The notes: generated from the letters alone by a model not told the origin. Shown: positions 39,723-49,796, numbered from the stretch's first letter. The stretch is DNA of 64,000 nucleotides from Candidatus Poribacteria bacterium (GCA_963665235.2 CAXXLX010000001.1:3264001-3328000), one strand, 5' to 3'. Made by a program: numbers and translations.

Positions 39723-40247
39723 ATGATTGCACTTCGGCACATTTTATCTACTGCTCTCTTTTGCGGCCTTCTCATCGGATGCGGGGGTATCAAGCTGATT
39801 GATATACCTAAAAGCACGGATGCCCTGCAACTCACCGCTGCGCAGCAGCAGGAAATTCATCCGAAGCTGAAGCACGTTCGGGACATCGTTGCGGATTACA
39901 ATTTTGAAAAAAAACAGTTGGAGGACGATTATCAGGTGTATCGTGCAACTGTACCACGGCAACAGTTCAGCGGACTTGAGGGGCAGCTCCGAAATACACA
40001 ACGCCGACGTAGCTGGCATGACATGCGAACTAAAATACGGAAATTTCTCACCCAACGCCGTATATTTATGAGAGACATTGAGAAACTGATGAAAGAGGTC
40101 ACGGCAGAACTGACCCCAGAGCAACGCGTTGCACTAACGAACCTCAAGCTGCCTGAATTGAAGCTGCCGAGGATGCTAAAACAGCAACCACAGGCTGACC
40201 TCCGCAGGCTTCCGGAGGATTCGCTTGGCGGATTGAACCGGTTTTAA
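39723..40247 (+). CDS. hypothetical helical lipoprotein
   Basis: LIGC lipobox; LQLTAAQQ and LTPEQR motifs (Spy/CpxP-like). Confidence 0.6.
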   Translation: MIALRHILSTALFCGLLIGCGGIKLIDIPKSTDALQLTAAQQQEIHPKLKHVRDIVADYNFEKKQLEDDYQVYRATVPRQQFSGLEGQLRNTQRRRSWHDMRTKIRKFLTQRRIFMRDIEKLMKEVTAELTPEQRVALTNLKLPELKLPRMLKQQPQADLRRLPEDSLGGLNRF

Positions 40248-41209
40248 CCGAGCAACCGTGTAAACAGATGCTCTAAAAACACTACGCTTGAGACATGCTT
40301 GCAAACCGCCGCATTTGGCTGCTCTACGGAATGTCCATCGCGAAGGTCACCAACCGTCATGCCGTTCGTCAAACTGCTTTCGGTTTCAACTTGCACATAA
40401 GTCGCAACGGTCTGAAAATAGCTGGGGTGCGTCAGCATGCCGATAGGGAGTGCATCGTGGACATAAAACCCGTGAAATCCTCTATGTTCCCGGTAAAATT
40501 CCATACATGCCTTTGTGGACTCCTTAAGGAACAGAGCAACCTTGTCGTCTCGTCCAGCAGTTTCGGCGTGCAGCCGTTCACCGGTCAAGGCGACCTGCTG
40601 CGTTGCATCCAGCGGAACGATATCAATCGGCAGCTTGGATTGGAAAACCTCTTGCGCAGCGTGCGGGTCAACGAAAATATTGAATTCGGCTGTTGTTGTA
40701 ACGTTACCGTATACTTCAAACGCGCCGCCCATCACGACAATGCGCCGCACCTGTCGCATCCGTGCCGAATCTTTGCGGAGTGCTTTCGCAATATTTGTCA
40801 AGGGCCCCAGGGCGACCACAATCAGTTCATCCGGATAATGTCCCACCATTTCAAGCAGTGTGTCAACTCCAGGGCGTGATGAAATTTCAGTATCCGCGGG
40901 GGCATAACGGAGGCTACCATCGGTCTCGCGTAATTGACTGACATTGCCCAATCCATCTTCGCCGTGAACATAAGTCGCCATCTCAAGCGGTTTCACAAGT
41001 GGTTCTGCTGCCCCTTTGGCAATAATCGGAAATTTGGGCAAATCCAGCAAACCCAAAATAGTCAGCACATTCTGTGTAGCTTGTTCAACGTGCACGTTAC
41101 CACTGACGGTTGTTATCGCCTCCACCTGTAATTCAGGGGAATTGAGTGCAAGAAGAATCGCAAGCGCGTCATCTAAACCGGGGTCGGTGTCTATAAGAAT
41201 TCGTTGCAT
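40244..41209 (-). CDS. inosine/uridine-preferring nucleoside hydrolase
   Basis: IDTDPGLDDA, HGEDGLG, GPLTN, MGG, AEFNIFVDPHAA, HD. Confidence 0.93.
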   Translation of the reverse strand: MQRILIDTDPGLDDALAILLALNSPELQVEAITTVSGNVHVEQATQNVLTILGLLDLPKFPIIAKGAAEPLVKPLEMATYVHGEDGLGNVSQLRETDGSLRYAPADTEISSRPGVDTLLEMVGHYPDELIVVALGPLTNIAKALRKDSARMRQVRRIVVMGGAFEVYGNVTTTAEFNIFVDPHAAQEVFQSKLPIDIVPLDATQQVALTGERLHAETAGRDDKVALFLKESTKACMEFYREHRGFHGFYVHDALPIGMLTHPSYFQTVATYVQVETESSLTNGMTVGDLRDGHSVEQPNAAVCKHVSSVVFLEHLFTRLLG

Positions 41210-41275
41210 TGTTTAGATTCCAGTTTTCACGTTAAGAATTTTCAACATTATACCTTTAAACGGTGATTTTGTCCA

Positions 41276-42052
41276 ATGTTTTCATCTATACCTACTATCT
41301 GCGTTATCGTTTTCCTTATCGTTTGTCTTCCGCTTGCAGCCCAAGTTAACATCTTCACAAGCGAAACAGTGAAGCAGATGCAGTTAGAGCCAGGGTGGTA
41401 TAACCGAATCAACTTGGATTTAGCCTACCGTGCTGGCAATACCGCCCTGCTGTCTCTGACAACGCGATTCCGCACAGACTATCTAGCAAAAACGTATCAC
41501 GGATTCATTTTCGGGAGCTTGCAGCAAGAGCGGAGGAGCGGCACATTTCTCACCAACAAAGGCATGGTACACGGACGAATTATCCGAAAATTCACACAAC
41601 ACCTCCTGCTCGAATCCTTCATCCAGAAACAATTCAACGAATCCATTCTACTAAACGACCGGAACTTAGTAGGCGGCGGTATTCGCTTCGCTACGCATCC
41701 GCCAAAATCCAAATTTAATCTCTACCTCGGCATCGGCGCGATGTGGGAACATGAACGCATCAACGATGCGGAGATAGGCGAAATCACAACCCGTATTATT
41801 CGCTCCACTAACTATATTAACTGGACCGGGCGATTAGATGAACGTATCACCACAAGCGCGACCGGATATTATCAGGTACATGTGGAACGTGTTCAGGATT
41901 ATCGCATCCTCTTTCAGGGGAGCGTCACATTCCGCGTGACAACGAAGTTAGCATTCCCAATTCGTCTAAATTTCCGATACGATAGCGAACCCCCTACCGG
42001 TATTCAAAAACATGATGTAGAAATTTTTAACGGATTAAGTTATACTTTTTAA
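41276..42052 (+). CDS. DUF481-like outer-membrane beta-barrel
   Basis: Signal peptide, AGNT, alternating beta strands, YDSEPP, terminal YTF. Confidence 0.75.
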   Translation: MFSSIPTICVIVFLIVCLPLAAQVNIFTSETVKQMQLEPGWYNRINLDLAYRAGNTALLSLTTRFRTDYLAKTYHGFIFGSLQQERRSGTFLTNKGMVHGRIIRKFTQHLLLESFIQKQFNESILLNDRNLVGGGIRFATHPPKSKFNLYLGIGAMWEHERINDAEIGEITTRIIRSTNYINWTGRLDERITTSATGYYQVHVERVQDYRILFQGSVTFRVTTKLAFPIRLNFRYDSEPPTGIQKHDVEIFNGLSYTF

Positions 42053-42142
42053 GCAACGTAAATCCTGAACGACCGGCTTCTAAAACAAACAGCATTTACA
42101 GGTCCGGTTGACAGTAGAAACCCGACAAAAAGGAGTTAGCTC

Positions 42143-43084
42143 ATGAAATTTATCTTTGTCTGTTTCAGTTTATGTCTTATCACCCTGCCTCACACCGGGT
42201 GGACAGATGGTCATCTCCAAATTATAGAAAAGGAAAAAAAATTAGTCCTAACAGGTAAAATTTCCACTGCCCTTGGCGAATACGAGTCAGAGCTACGCGG
42301 CGCGGTTGAATTTCTTATATGCGGAAAGAACGGCAAGGAATACGAAAGCATCGTTGTCGTTCAGGCAACCGCACAAGAGATTCATGAAGCGATGAACAAA
42401 CTCGACGTTAAACCCGGAAATCCCGTCGATCAGGACATAGAAACGGAGGAAATGATTCCCGCGAAAGGGCCCACCGTTATTATTCATGTCGAATGGAAAG
42501 TAGACGATGAAACGAAAAAGGTGCGGGGTGAAGACCTATTATATAATGTAAAAACAAAAAAAGCCATGAAACATGTCGCTTGGTTGTACACCGGGTCACG
42601 GATGATCTATGACCTTGACAGCGAAGATGAGGACGCGATGATTCCGTTGGCGTTTTCAAGCAACGACATCGCTGCCCTTAGTCACACCGACCCGAGCACC
42701 CTCTTTGTTAACCCGTTACCTGAATCTGCCCAAGAAAATCTCTATAAAAAGAACGATGCTGTGATGCCAAAACTCGGAACGCCTGTCAAACTGACTATTG
42801 AGGTCAATCGGAAAATGCAACTTTATATCTTAATCAGCGGCAAGGTTCAAGGGGTCGGTTTTCGAAACTTTACGCGGAGAAATGCAAGAACACTCGGTGT
42901 TAGCGGGTATGCGAAGAACTTAGCGAACGGTAAAGTGGAAGTCGTCGCGGAAGCCGATAAGATGCAATTAGATGCCTTGGTGGCTTTACTCTGGCAAGGG
43001 CCTCGCACTTCAAAGGTTGACGATATTAAAATTGAGGAACGTCCTATCACTGGCGAATATAAAACCTTCGACGTTCGGTATTGA
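42143..43084 (+). CDS. secreted YdjY-like domain fused to acylphosphatase
   Basis: EFLIC...KEYES..IHEAM..VEW..TGS; C-terminal ISGKVQGVGFR..GYAKNLANGKVEV..QGP. Confidence 0.8.
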   Translation: MKFIFVCFSLCLITLPHTGWTDGHLQIIEKEKKLVLTGKISTALGEYESELRGAVEFLICGKNGKEYESIVVVQATAQEIHEAMNKLDVKPGNPVDQDIETEEMIPAKGPTVIIHVEWKVDDETKKVRGEDLLYNVKTKKAMKHVAWLYTGSRMIYDLDSEDEDAMIPLAFSSNDIAALSHTDPSTLFVNPLPESAQENLYKKNDAVMPKLGTPVKLTIEVNRKMQLYILISGKVQGVGFRNFTRRNARTLGVSGYAKNLANGKVEVVAEADKMQLDALVALLWQGPRTSKVDDIKIEERPITGEYKTFDVRY

Positions 43085-43087
43085 GTT

Positions 43088-43725
43088 ATGACGCATACGC
43101 CGCGCCCTGTCGTAGCGGGGATTTTGCTCGCTGCAGGGCTCTCTACACGGATGGGGCAACCCAAGCAGCTGCTCCCTTTCGGCGGAAACACTATCGTTGA
43201 AACTGTGGTCGACAGCATGCTCGCCGCTAAGTTCCATGAGGTCACCGTTGTCGTGGGACATTGTGCAGAACAGATTCAGGAAAAATTGGCGGAACGCCCG
43301 GTTAAAATCGTTTTTAATCCGAACTATCGGGAGGGCATGCTAACTTCAGCACAGGCGGGGTTCGCTCGCTCGGATTCGGAACCCCCGGAGGCGGACCTGC
43401 TGATGCTCCAGACGCGTTCGCACTCATGTTAGTAGACCAGCCCCTTATCACAACCGCGCTGATTGATAAGATAGTCAATGCATACACCCAAACCGACAAG
43501 GGCATTGCTGTGCCGAGTTATAACTACCAACGGGGGCATCCAGTTATCTTCCATCGGCGATATGCCGATGCTATCTTAACACTCGGCCCAGAAAGCGACG
43601 GGGTCCGAACGCTTTTTAAAACGCACAGTCACGATATTCACTACGTCCTTGTAAATACCGACAAGGTATTGCGGGATATAGATTACCCCGAAGATTACGA
43701 ACTCGCCCTACAAGAAAGTGGATAA
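43088..43725 (+). pseudogene. MocA/YgfJ-like molybdopterin nucleotidyltransferase with a 1-nt frameshift near 43357-43360
   Basis: LLAAGLSTRMGQPKQLL in one frame; LVDQP, GHPVIF, DIDYPEDY in another. Confidence 0.8.
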
Positions 43726-44608
43726 AATGTTCAAATCTATTGAAAATGTCCAAACTGTATGTGAAAAACATGCTTACATTGCCGATAAGGGATTAGCGAC
43801 AACCCTCTACTTGGCACATCACCTCAAAAAACCGATCTTTTTGGAGGGCGAGCCTGGCGTAGGTAAAACGGAGGTAGCGAAAGTCCTCGCCGATGCCACA
43901 GGTGCCAAGCTGATACGGTTGCAGTGTTATGAAGGTTTAGACGTAAATAGCGCGTTATACGAGTGGAACTATACGCGTCAAATTTTGCAACTCCGCATTG
44001 ACGAAGCACGCGGACGCGACAAAGAGGAACGCGGTGCCGACCTATTCAGCGAAAAATTTTTGCTCAAACGGCCCCTGCTTGAAGCTATCCAGAGTGACGA
44101 GGATATTCCGCCTGTCCTGCTTATCGACGAAGTGGACCGAAGCGATAGTGAGTTTGAAGCGTTCCTGCTTGAAATCCTGTCCGACTTCCAAATTACCATC
44201 CCCGAAATCGGTACCATCCGAGCGAAACATATTCCCTACGTCGTGCTAACCTCAAACCGGACGCGTGAGGTCCATGAAGCTCTCAAACGACGGTGTCTCT
44301 ACCAGTGGATTGATTATCCCACCGTAGAGAAAGAGATGCTAATCGTTCAGACAAAGTTGCCGCAGATTAACGCACATCTTGCACAGCAGCTGTGTCAGAT
44401 GATGCAACGTTGGCGTGAAGGCGATTACTATAAGAAACCGGGGGTGGCAGAAACGTTAGATTGGGGGTTGGCTATTGTCGCCCTCGGCAAGGCGCAATTG
44501 GATGCTGATATTGTCCATGAAACGTTGGGGTGTGTCTTCAAATATCAGGAGGACATCCGCCGTGCTCGTGCTATAGACCTGAGCGATTTCACAGAATCAG
44601 AGGAATAG
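43718..44608 (+). CDS. MoxR family AAA ATPase (CoxD-like)
   Basis: LEGEPGVGKT, RLQCYEGLD..LYEWNY, LLIDEVD, TSNRTRE..ALKRRC, KPGVAETLDW. Confidence 0.92.
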   Translation: MDKMFKSIENVQTVCEKHAYIADKGLATTLYLAHHLKKPIFLEGEPGVGKTEVAKVLADATGAKLIRLQCYEGLDVNSALYEWNYTRQILQLRIDEARGRDKEERGADLFSEKFLLKRPLLEAIQSDEDIPPVLLIDEVDRSDSEFEAFLLEILSDFQITIPEIGTIRAKHIPYVVLTSNRTREVHEALKRRCLYQWIDYPTVEKEMLIVQTKLPQINAHLAQQLCQMMQRWREGDYYKKPGVAETLDWGLAIVALGKAQLDADIVHETLGCVFKYQEDIRRARAIDLSDFTESEE

Positions 44609-44831
44609 GGGAGCGACTATGAATAAAAGAAACCCGTACCGCAAACTTCCTAGTTTGCGGGCGGAGCACAGTAGGGGGCAACTATGAACAGAAAAAACCC
44701 GTACCGTAAACTTCCTAGTTTGCGGGCGGAGCACAGTAGGGGGCAACTATGAATAGAAGAAACCCGTACCGTAAACTTCCTAGTTTGCGGGCGGAGCACA
44801 GTAGGGGGCAACTATGAACAGAAAAAACCGC
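44606..44831 (+). repeat. 65-bp tandem repeat (about 3.4 copies) with hairpin and coupled mini-ORFs
   Basis: ATG at 44619, 44684, 44749 and 44814; hairpin ccgYaaact-tcct-agtttgcgg. Confidence 0.9.
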
Positions 44832-46484
44832 CGTGTGCAAAGGCGAGTTGTCATGGGTATCGGTTATCCGCTCCTAGTAGCTGCTGCCATTTGCACGATG
44901 GTCCCACTGTTATGGCTCTTGTCCTCCTCCTTCAAGACCGCCGATGAAATCTTCGCTGTTCCAATCCAGTGGTTTCCACAACTGCCTCCGCGCGTCGCTG
45001 CCTCCCCCTACATTGTCCAAGATGCATACCCACAGATTCAGAAACCTGAAACCGTGGACATAGAGACGTGGCAAACACTTCAACCTGAACTGGAGCGAAC
45101 AATCTGGGCGGGTGTTCAAGAGCACATCGCAGCAAATCCACGCCTCTCCAATTACGTCGCGTCTGCGGAACTGAAAACCGAAATGACAGAGGGGATATGG
45201 CAACACCTCCTTGCAAACCTCCCACCGGAGGTTTGGCAGGACACCACAGCAGTGCATAACGCAATTATCCCTGAAACGGTTGAAACCGTAATGGATGCTG
45301 TTTATCGAGAGGTCGCCCTCGGCACTATCAAGATAGAGGGACTTGAATTTGAACGCGCTCCCGTTACGCCTGAAGATTTCGTAACCAGCTGGCAGGCAGA
45401 TTCCGAGACATTGCAACGCATACGAAAATCTGATGATGCCCAAACCTTCGCAAGTTTATCCTACGATTTCGGAGACGCGGACAACGTCCGACTGACAGCC
45501 ACTATTCGCTCGCCTATTCCGATAGACCAGATTCGCCGCATCACGCTTCCTGTCCAGGGTGATGCTTCGTTCCATCGGCTCTCTCTAACGGTTTCTGCTA
45601 ACGGCATTACCTATCAACCGACGCGCCCCTTCGTTTTAGACAGCGCGCTGTGGAAAAGGACAGAGTGGCGGTTACGCGGCATACCCGGTGAGTTAGAAGC
45701 ATCACACATTCCCATGCGTCAGTCGGAAATAGGTATTGATACCACTCCCGACAACACGTTGCGTCTACAATTAACAATTCATCGTCCCGCTTACCTAGCA
45801 ATTGTGTGGCATAAACTCACCTCAAACTATCGGAACCTATGGAAGGCGGTGCCGTATAATCGCTATTTCATCAACAGTGTTTTCATCGCTACCGCGTCAA
45901 CCCTGCTCACGTTATTTTTCTGTTCCCTCGGCGGCTATGCATTTGCCAAGTATCAGTTCCGTGGCAAAAAAATCCTGTTCGGCATACTCCTCGCCTCTAT
46001 GATGGTGCCTTTTCAGGTGCTTCTCGTTCCGTTGTTTGGACTGATGTACGGCATTGGGTGGCTCAATAGTTATAAAGCGATTATTATCCCGTTTTCTGTC
46101 GGTGCGTTCGGCATTTTCCTGATGCGTCAATTTATCGTCACTATTCCATCAGAGCTGATTGATGCTGCCCGTATTGATGGATGTTCCGAATTCGGCATCT
46201 ACTATCGGATTATCCTGCCCATCATCAAACCTGCGCTTGGAGCGTTGACTATCTATACCTTTTTAGGGTCGTGGAACGGTTACCTTTGGCCGCTCATCAT
46301 TTTACGAGATGAGGCAAAGTACACCCTACCGCTCGGTTTAGCAAACCTCATCAGCATCTATCGGCAGGATTACGGCATGCTAATGGCTGGTACCCTGCTC
46401 TCTATATTGCCAATCGTGATTCTCTTTTTAGCGATGCAACGCGAATTCGTGCAAGGCATTACGTTAGGCGGCGTTAAGGAATAA
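44814..46484 (+). CDS. carbohydrate ABC transporter permease (MalG-like) with large extracytoplasmic insertion
   Basis: PLLWLLSSSFK; YFINS, GYAFAK, ELIDAARIDG EAA loop, WNGYLWP. Confidence 0.9.
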   Translation: MNRKNRRVQRRVVMGIGYPLLVAAAICTMVPLLWLLSSSFKTADEIFAVPIQWFPQLPPRVAASPYIVQDAYPQIQKPETVDIETWQTLQPELERTIWAGVQEHIAANPRLSNYVASAELKTEMTEGIWQHLLANLPPEVWQDTTAVHNAIIPETVETVMDAVYREVALGTIKIEGLEFERAPVTPEDFVTSWQADSETLQRIRKSDDAQTFASLSYDFGDADNVRLTATIRSPIPIDQIRRITLPVQGDASFHRLSLTVSANGITYQPTRPFVLDSALWKRTEWRLRGIPGELEASHIPMRQSEIGIDTTPDNTLRLQLTIHRPAYLAIVWHKLTSNYRNLWKAVPYNRYFINSVFIATASTLLTLFFCSLGGYAFAKYQFRGKKILFGILLASMMVPFQVLLVPLFGLMYGIGWLNSYKAIIIPFSVGAFGIFLMRQFIVTIPSELIDAARIDGCSEFGIYYRIILPIIKPALGALTIYTFLGSWNGYLWPLIILRDEAKYTLPLGLANLISIYRQDYGMLMAGTLLSILPIVILFLAMQREFVQGITLGGVKE

Positions 46485-46529
46485 TTACAACAGAAGCACA
46501 GACAGGGTTATTTAGTTCTAATTTTTTTC

Positions 46530-46558
46530 TTGACGTTTTCTCAGAAAAGTGTTATACT
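46530..46558 (+). promoter_or_regulatory. sigma70-like promoter
   Basis: TTGACG-17 nt-TATACT. Confidence 0.6.
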
Positions 46559-46707
46559 TTACGATAATTGAACGGAGATGCGATAAGAGCGGTATGAGGG
46601 ACCTCTGTCTCATCAATTTGCCGAAAACCCTCAAAAATTAAGTGGACATTTTTTTCTATAGTGGATGTTAGACTTCACAAGACTACTTTGTAGCATGAGG
46701 ATTACCT

Positions 46708-47598
46708 ATGCCTAAAAATCGCACCTCTATCGTGGACGAAAATTATCGTTTTTATCACGCCTCCTGTCTCGATATGTCGGAATGTGCGGATAATTCTATC
46801 GCCTTGACAATTACTTCGCCGCCTTATTGGAACGCTATTGACTATAATACCCACACCAGTGATAATGAATCGTGGTATAGGGAGCGGAACTATGACAGAC
46901 TCGGCAAAACTTATGAGGATTGGCTTGCAACACTCAAAAAAGTATTCTCCGAAGTCTATCGGGTCACAATTGACGGTGGGTTTTGTGCTATCGTTATTGG
47001 CACAATCCTTCATAAAGGTAAGCACTATCCTGCACCCTTCGATTTAACAAGTCAATTGAACGGCACAGACTGGCACTTCCATCAAGATATAATATGGAAT
47101 AAAGTCACCGGGGGTGTCCGGCGTGCTGGCTCATTTATTCAGCACCAGAAGCCCGGTTACTACTACCCGAACATAATGACCGAGTACATACTAATATTCC
47201 GGAAAGGCGATAAACCCAGATACGGTTCGCAGCCTACGCTCCCAATAGACGACGTATTCAAACGTGATATAGCCAACTCGATTTGGCATATCGCGCCTGT
47301 GCCACCGAAAACGATTGACCATCCGTGTCCATTCCCTGATGAACTCGTTCGACGCTTAGTGCTACTCTATTCTGAAGTGGGTGATGAAATACTTGACCCA
47401 TTTTTGGGAAGCGGACAAACCGCTCGGGGTGCCTTGAGATTCAAACGCGAATGTGTTGGATACGAAATAGAATCCAAATATATTGAGTTAACGTGTCAAC
47501 GTCTGTATCAAGAACCGCGACGGAAATATCACCTGCTACCGAAGGTGGAAAAACAGGAAGTCAAATCTGAAGAGCATCTGGTGATGTTCGCCTCATAA
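46708..47598 (+). CDS. beta-class N4/N6 DNA methyltransferase (orphan)
   Basis: ITSPPY before DPFLGSG; IIWNK, HPCPFP. Confidence 0.9.
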   Translation: MPKNRTSIVDENYRFYHASCLDMSECADNSIALTITSPPYWNAIDYNTHTSDNESWYRERNYDRLGKTYEDWLATLKKVFSEVYRVTIDGGFCAIVIGTILHKGKHYPAPFDLTSQLNGTDWHFHQDIIWNKVTGGVRRAGSFIQHQKPGYYYPNIMTEYILIFRKGDKPRYGSQPTLPIDDVFKRDIANSIWHIAPVPPKTIDHPCPFPDELVRRLVLLYSEVGDEILDPFLGSGQTARGALRFKRECVGYEIESKYIELTCQRLYQEPRRKYHLLPKVEKQEVKSEEHLVMFAS

Positions 47599-47662
47599 GT
47601 AATACGAAATACCGTGCTGTTTTTTCAAATTTACGATAACAGAACAGGAGGAGTAAACAAAA

Positions 47663-47968
47663 ATGTCAGAATATATAAAGGTTACAAAAACGTCAGCAAT
47701 CCGGAATGGGCGCGGAAAAGCCTTTACTGTCAACGGAAAACGGATTGCAATTTTCAATGAGAACGGCATGTTTTGTGCGGTAGACAATACCTGTCCACAT
47801 GCGATGGGCTCCCTCGGCCGGGGGCGTATTCGGAACGGCATGGCAGTGTGCCCGGTTCACGGTTATGCCTATAACACAGAAACAGGCAAATGCCAAACCG
47901 ACCCGCGCCTCCAAATCAGGACATATCCTATTATTGTGGAAGGTGACGAGATTAAAGTGCAAGCATGA
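47663..47968 (+). CDS. Rieske 2Fe-2S ferredoxin (NirD-like)
   Basis: CPH...CPVHG. Confidence 0.9.
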   Translation: MSEYIKVTKTSAIRNGRGKAFTVNGKRIAIFNENGMFCAVDNTCPHAMGSLGRGRIRNGMAVCPVHGYAYNTETGKCQTDPRLQIRTYPIIVEGDEIKVQA

Positions 47969-48102
47969 TAGGCAATGGACACACCTTGACTACTGCATAA
48001 ATTAAAATGCTTGATTTTTCTATGCATATCGCATAAAATATGCAACAACTTCATGTTTTTGACGAAAATATTTTTCTATTTACCTAAAGGAGGACATATA
48101 TA

Positions 48103-48849
48103 TTGAAATTGCGAACTGTGTTTTTAACACTGTGCCTCGTTGCACTCATTGCGCTCACCGGATGTGAGAGAACACAAGATGCCCTGATGGATACCATGAA
48201 ACCTACGGGGACTACGGTGGAAGCAGTACCAGTAAAGCTGGTGTTGTTAATAGACTATCCGGAAAATGGGAAGGACGCGTATCTCGCGTGGGTTGCCTCC
48301 AATGCCCCGACACTGCAAGCCCCTGAAGAGGTCACCCGCATCCGCTCTTACGACAATCGAGACCAAACCATGAGCCCGAATCGGCTTGTTGAGTTTGAAT
48401 TTGAGAGCTTTATCGACGCTGCAACCTATTTGAACCGTCCGGAGATAGCTGCAATTTTGGCAGATTTGCCGAATCACTCCCGCAGCTCTAGGGTACACAC
48501 TTTTATCGAACGGTCCGACTATGCGAAAACAGAGGACGCTAATTTTCCGATAAAAAGTATAACCCTTATCGATTATCCGCCCGGTGGGAAAGCAGCATAT
48601 TTGGAGTGGGTCGATTCCATTTCATCGGAGATAACCACGCCACCTCAGTTGAAAGCAATCGCTTCTTACGATAACTATTACGGCGACTCGCCACACCGAC
48701 TGGTTCAATTTGAGTTTGAAAGTCAAGAAGACAGCGAAGCTTATGAGGCATTAGAAGAAATTCAGGCAATTCAGGATGAGATGGATGTCCGCACCGGCGG
48801 TTGGGAATTGCACGAGTTTGTTTTACGTGGAGATTATGTCAACGAGTGA
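48103..48849 (+). CDS. lipoprotein with two tandem alpha/beta repeats
   Basis: LTGC lipobox; LIDYP..GK.AYL.WV...SYDN...P.RLV.FEFES occurs twice. Confidence 0.7.
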   Translation: MKLRTVFLTLCLVALIALTGCERTQDALMDTMKPTGTTVEAVPVKLVLLIDYPENGKDAYLAWVASNAPTLQAPEEVTRIRSYDNRDQTMSPNRLVEFEFESFIDAATYLNRPEIAAILADLPNHSRSSRVHTFIERSDYAKTEDANFPIKSITLIDYPPGGKAAYLEWVDSISSEITTPPQLKAIASYDNYYGDSPHRLVQFEFESQEDSEAYEALEEIQAIQDEMDVRTGGWELHEFVLRGDYVNE

Positions 48850-48911
48850 TAGTTCAGCACTTACGCGAAACTTGAGTGTAAGCTTTACCATAAATACGAA
48901 AGGAAAAAATT

Positions 48912-49538
48912 ATGCTACAAACACCACCAGAATCCGCTGTGATTCTTTTTAATGGAAAAGATTTGAGCAACTGGACCACCCGAAACGGAGACGAAGCCGG
49001 GTGGGATGTTGAAGATGGCGTGATGACCGTCGTCCCCCGCACTGGCGACATCATGACGAAGGAACGATTTACCGACCACTTCTTACACGTCGAATTTATG
49101 ACACCCGATATGCCCGAAGCAAAGGGGCAAGCGAAAGGGAACAGCGGCGTATTCCTGCAAGGAAGGTACGAAGTTCAGGTCTTAGACTCCTACGGCATCG
49201 AAGTACCCGGTAAAGGCGACTGTGGCGCAATCTATAATCAATTTGCACCGCTTGTTAACGCTTGTAAACCAGCACTTGAATGGCAAACCTATGATATTAT
49301 CTTCCGCGCCCCGCGTCTTAACGATGCAGGTGAGTTAGAAGACAACGTCAGAGTCACCGTGCTTCAAAACGGTCTTGTCATCCTTAACAACGTCATCCTG
49401 CCGGGAACAACCGGGGCGAACATCGATTCATCCGTGGGTGAACCGGGGCCGCTCCTTCTACAGGACCACGGTAACCACCTGAAGTTCCGAAACATCTGGG
49501 CAGTTCCACTTCCGCTTGAAGGCTCCGCTCAGTATTAG
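48912..49538 (+). CDS. DUF1080 (3-keto-disaccharide hydrolase) family protein
   Basis: LFNGKDLSNW, GNSGVFLQGRYEVQVLDS, WQTYDI, LQDHG..FRNIW. Confidence 0.9.
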   Translation: MLQTPPESAVILFNGKDLSNWTTRNGDEAGWDVEDGVMTVVPRTGDIMTKERFTDHFLHVEFMTPDMPEAKGQAKGNSGVFLQGRYEVQVLDSYGIEVPGKGDCGAIYNQFAPLVNACKPALEWQTYDIIFRAPRLNDAGELEDNVRVTVLQNGLVILNNVILPGTTGANIDSSVGEPGPLLLQDHGNHLKFRNIWAVPLPLEGSAQY

Positions 49539-49604
49539 AGCTGTCTATACACCCCCTCGCGCAGTGAATTGTGGTTAAAAACACAGTTCATTGCGTACTT
49601 AACT

Positions 49605-49755
49605 AACGTGAGCTTGATAATAAATATCCGTTCGCTCAACCTTTTTCACCGCGAAAAAAGCAGCATAATGGTAGCACATACTTCCTAGTTTGTGCAGTTT
49701 TTCGCTAAAACTACCAGAGAACGCTCTAGGTCAAAACTTTTTTCAAACTCGCGTT
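49605..49755 (+). mobile_element. MITE copy 2 (151 bp), TSD AACT
   Basis: aacgtgagcttga...tcaaactcgcgtt TIRs; AACT at 49601-49604 and 49756-49759. Confidence 0.85.
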
Positions 49756-49796
49756 AACTATATTGAAACCTCACGACATTTTTCAGGAGGAATTTT

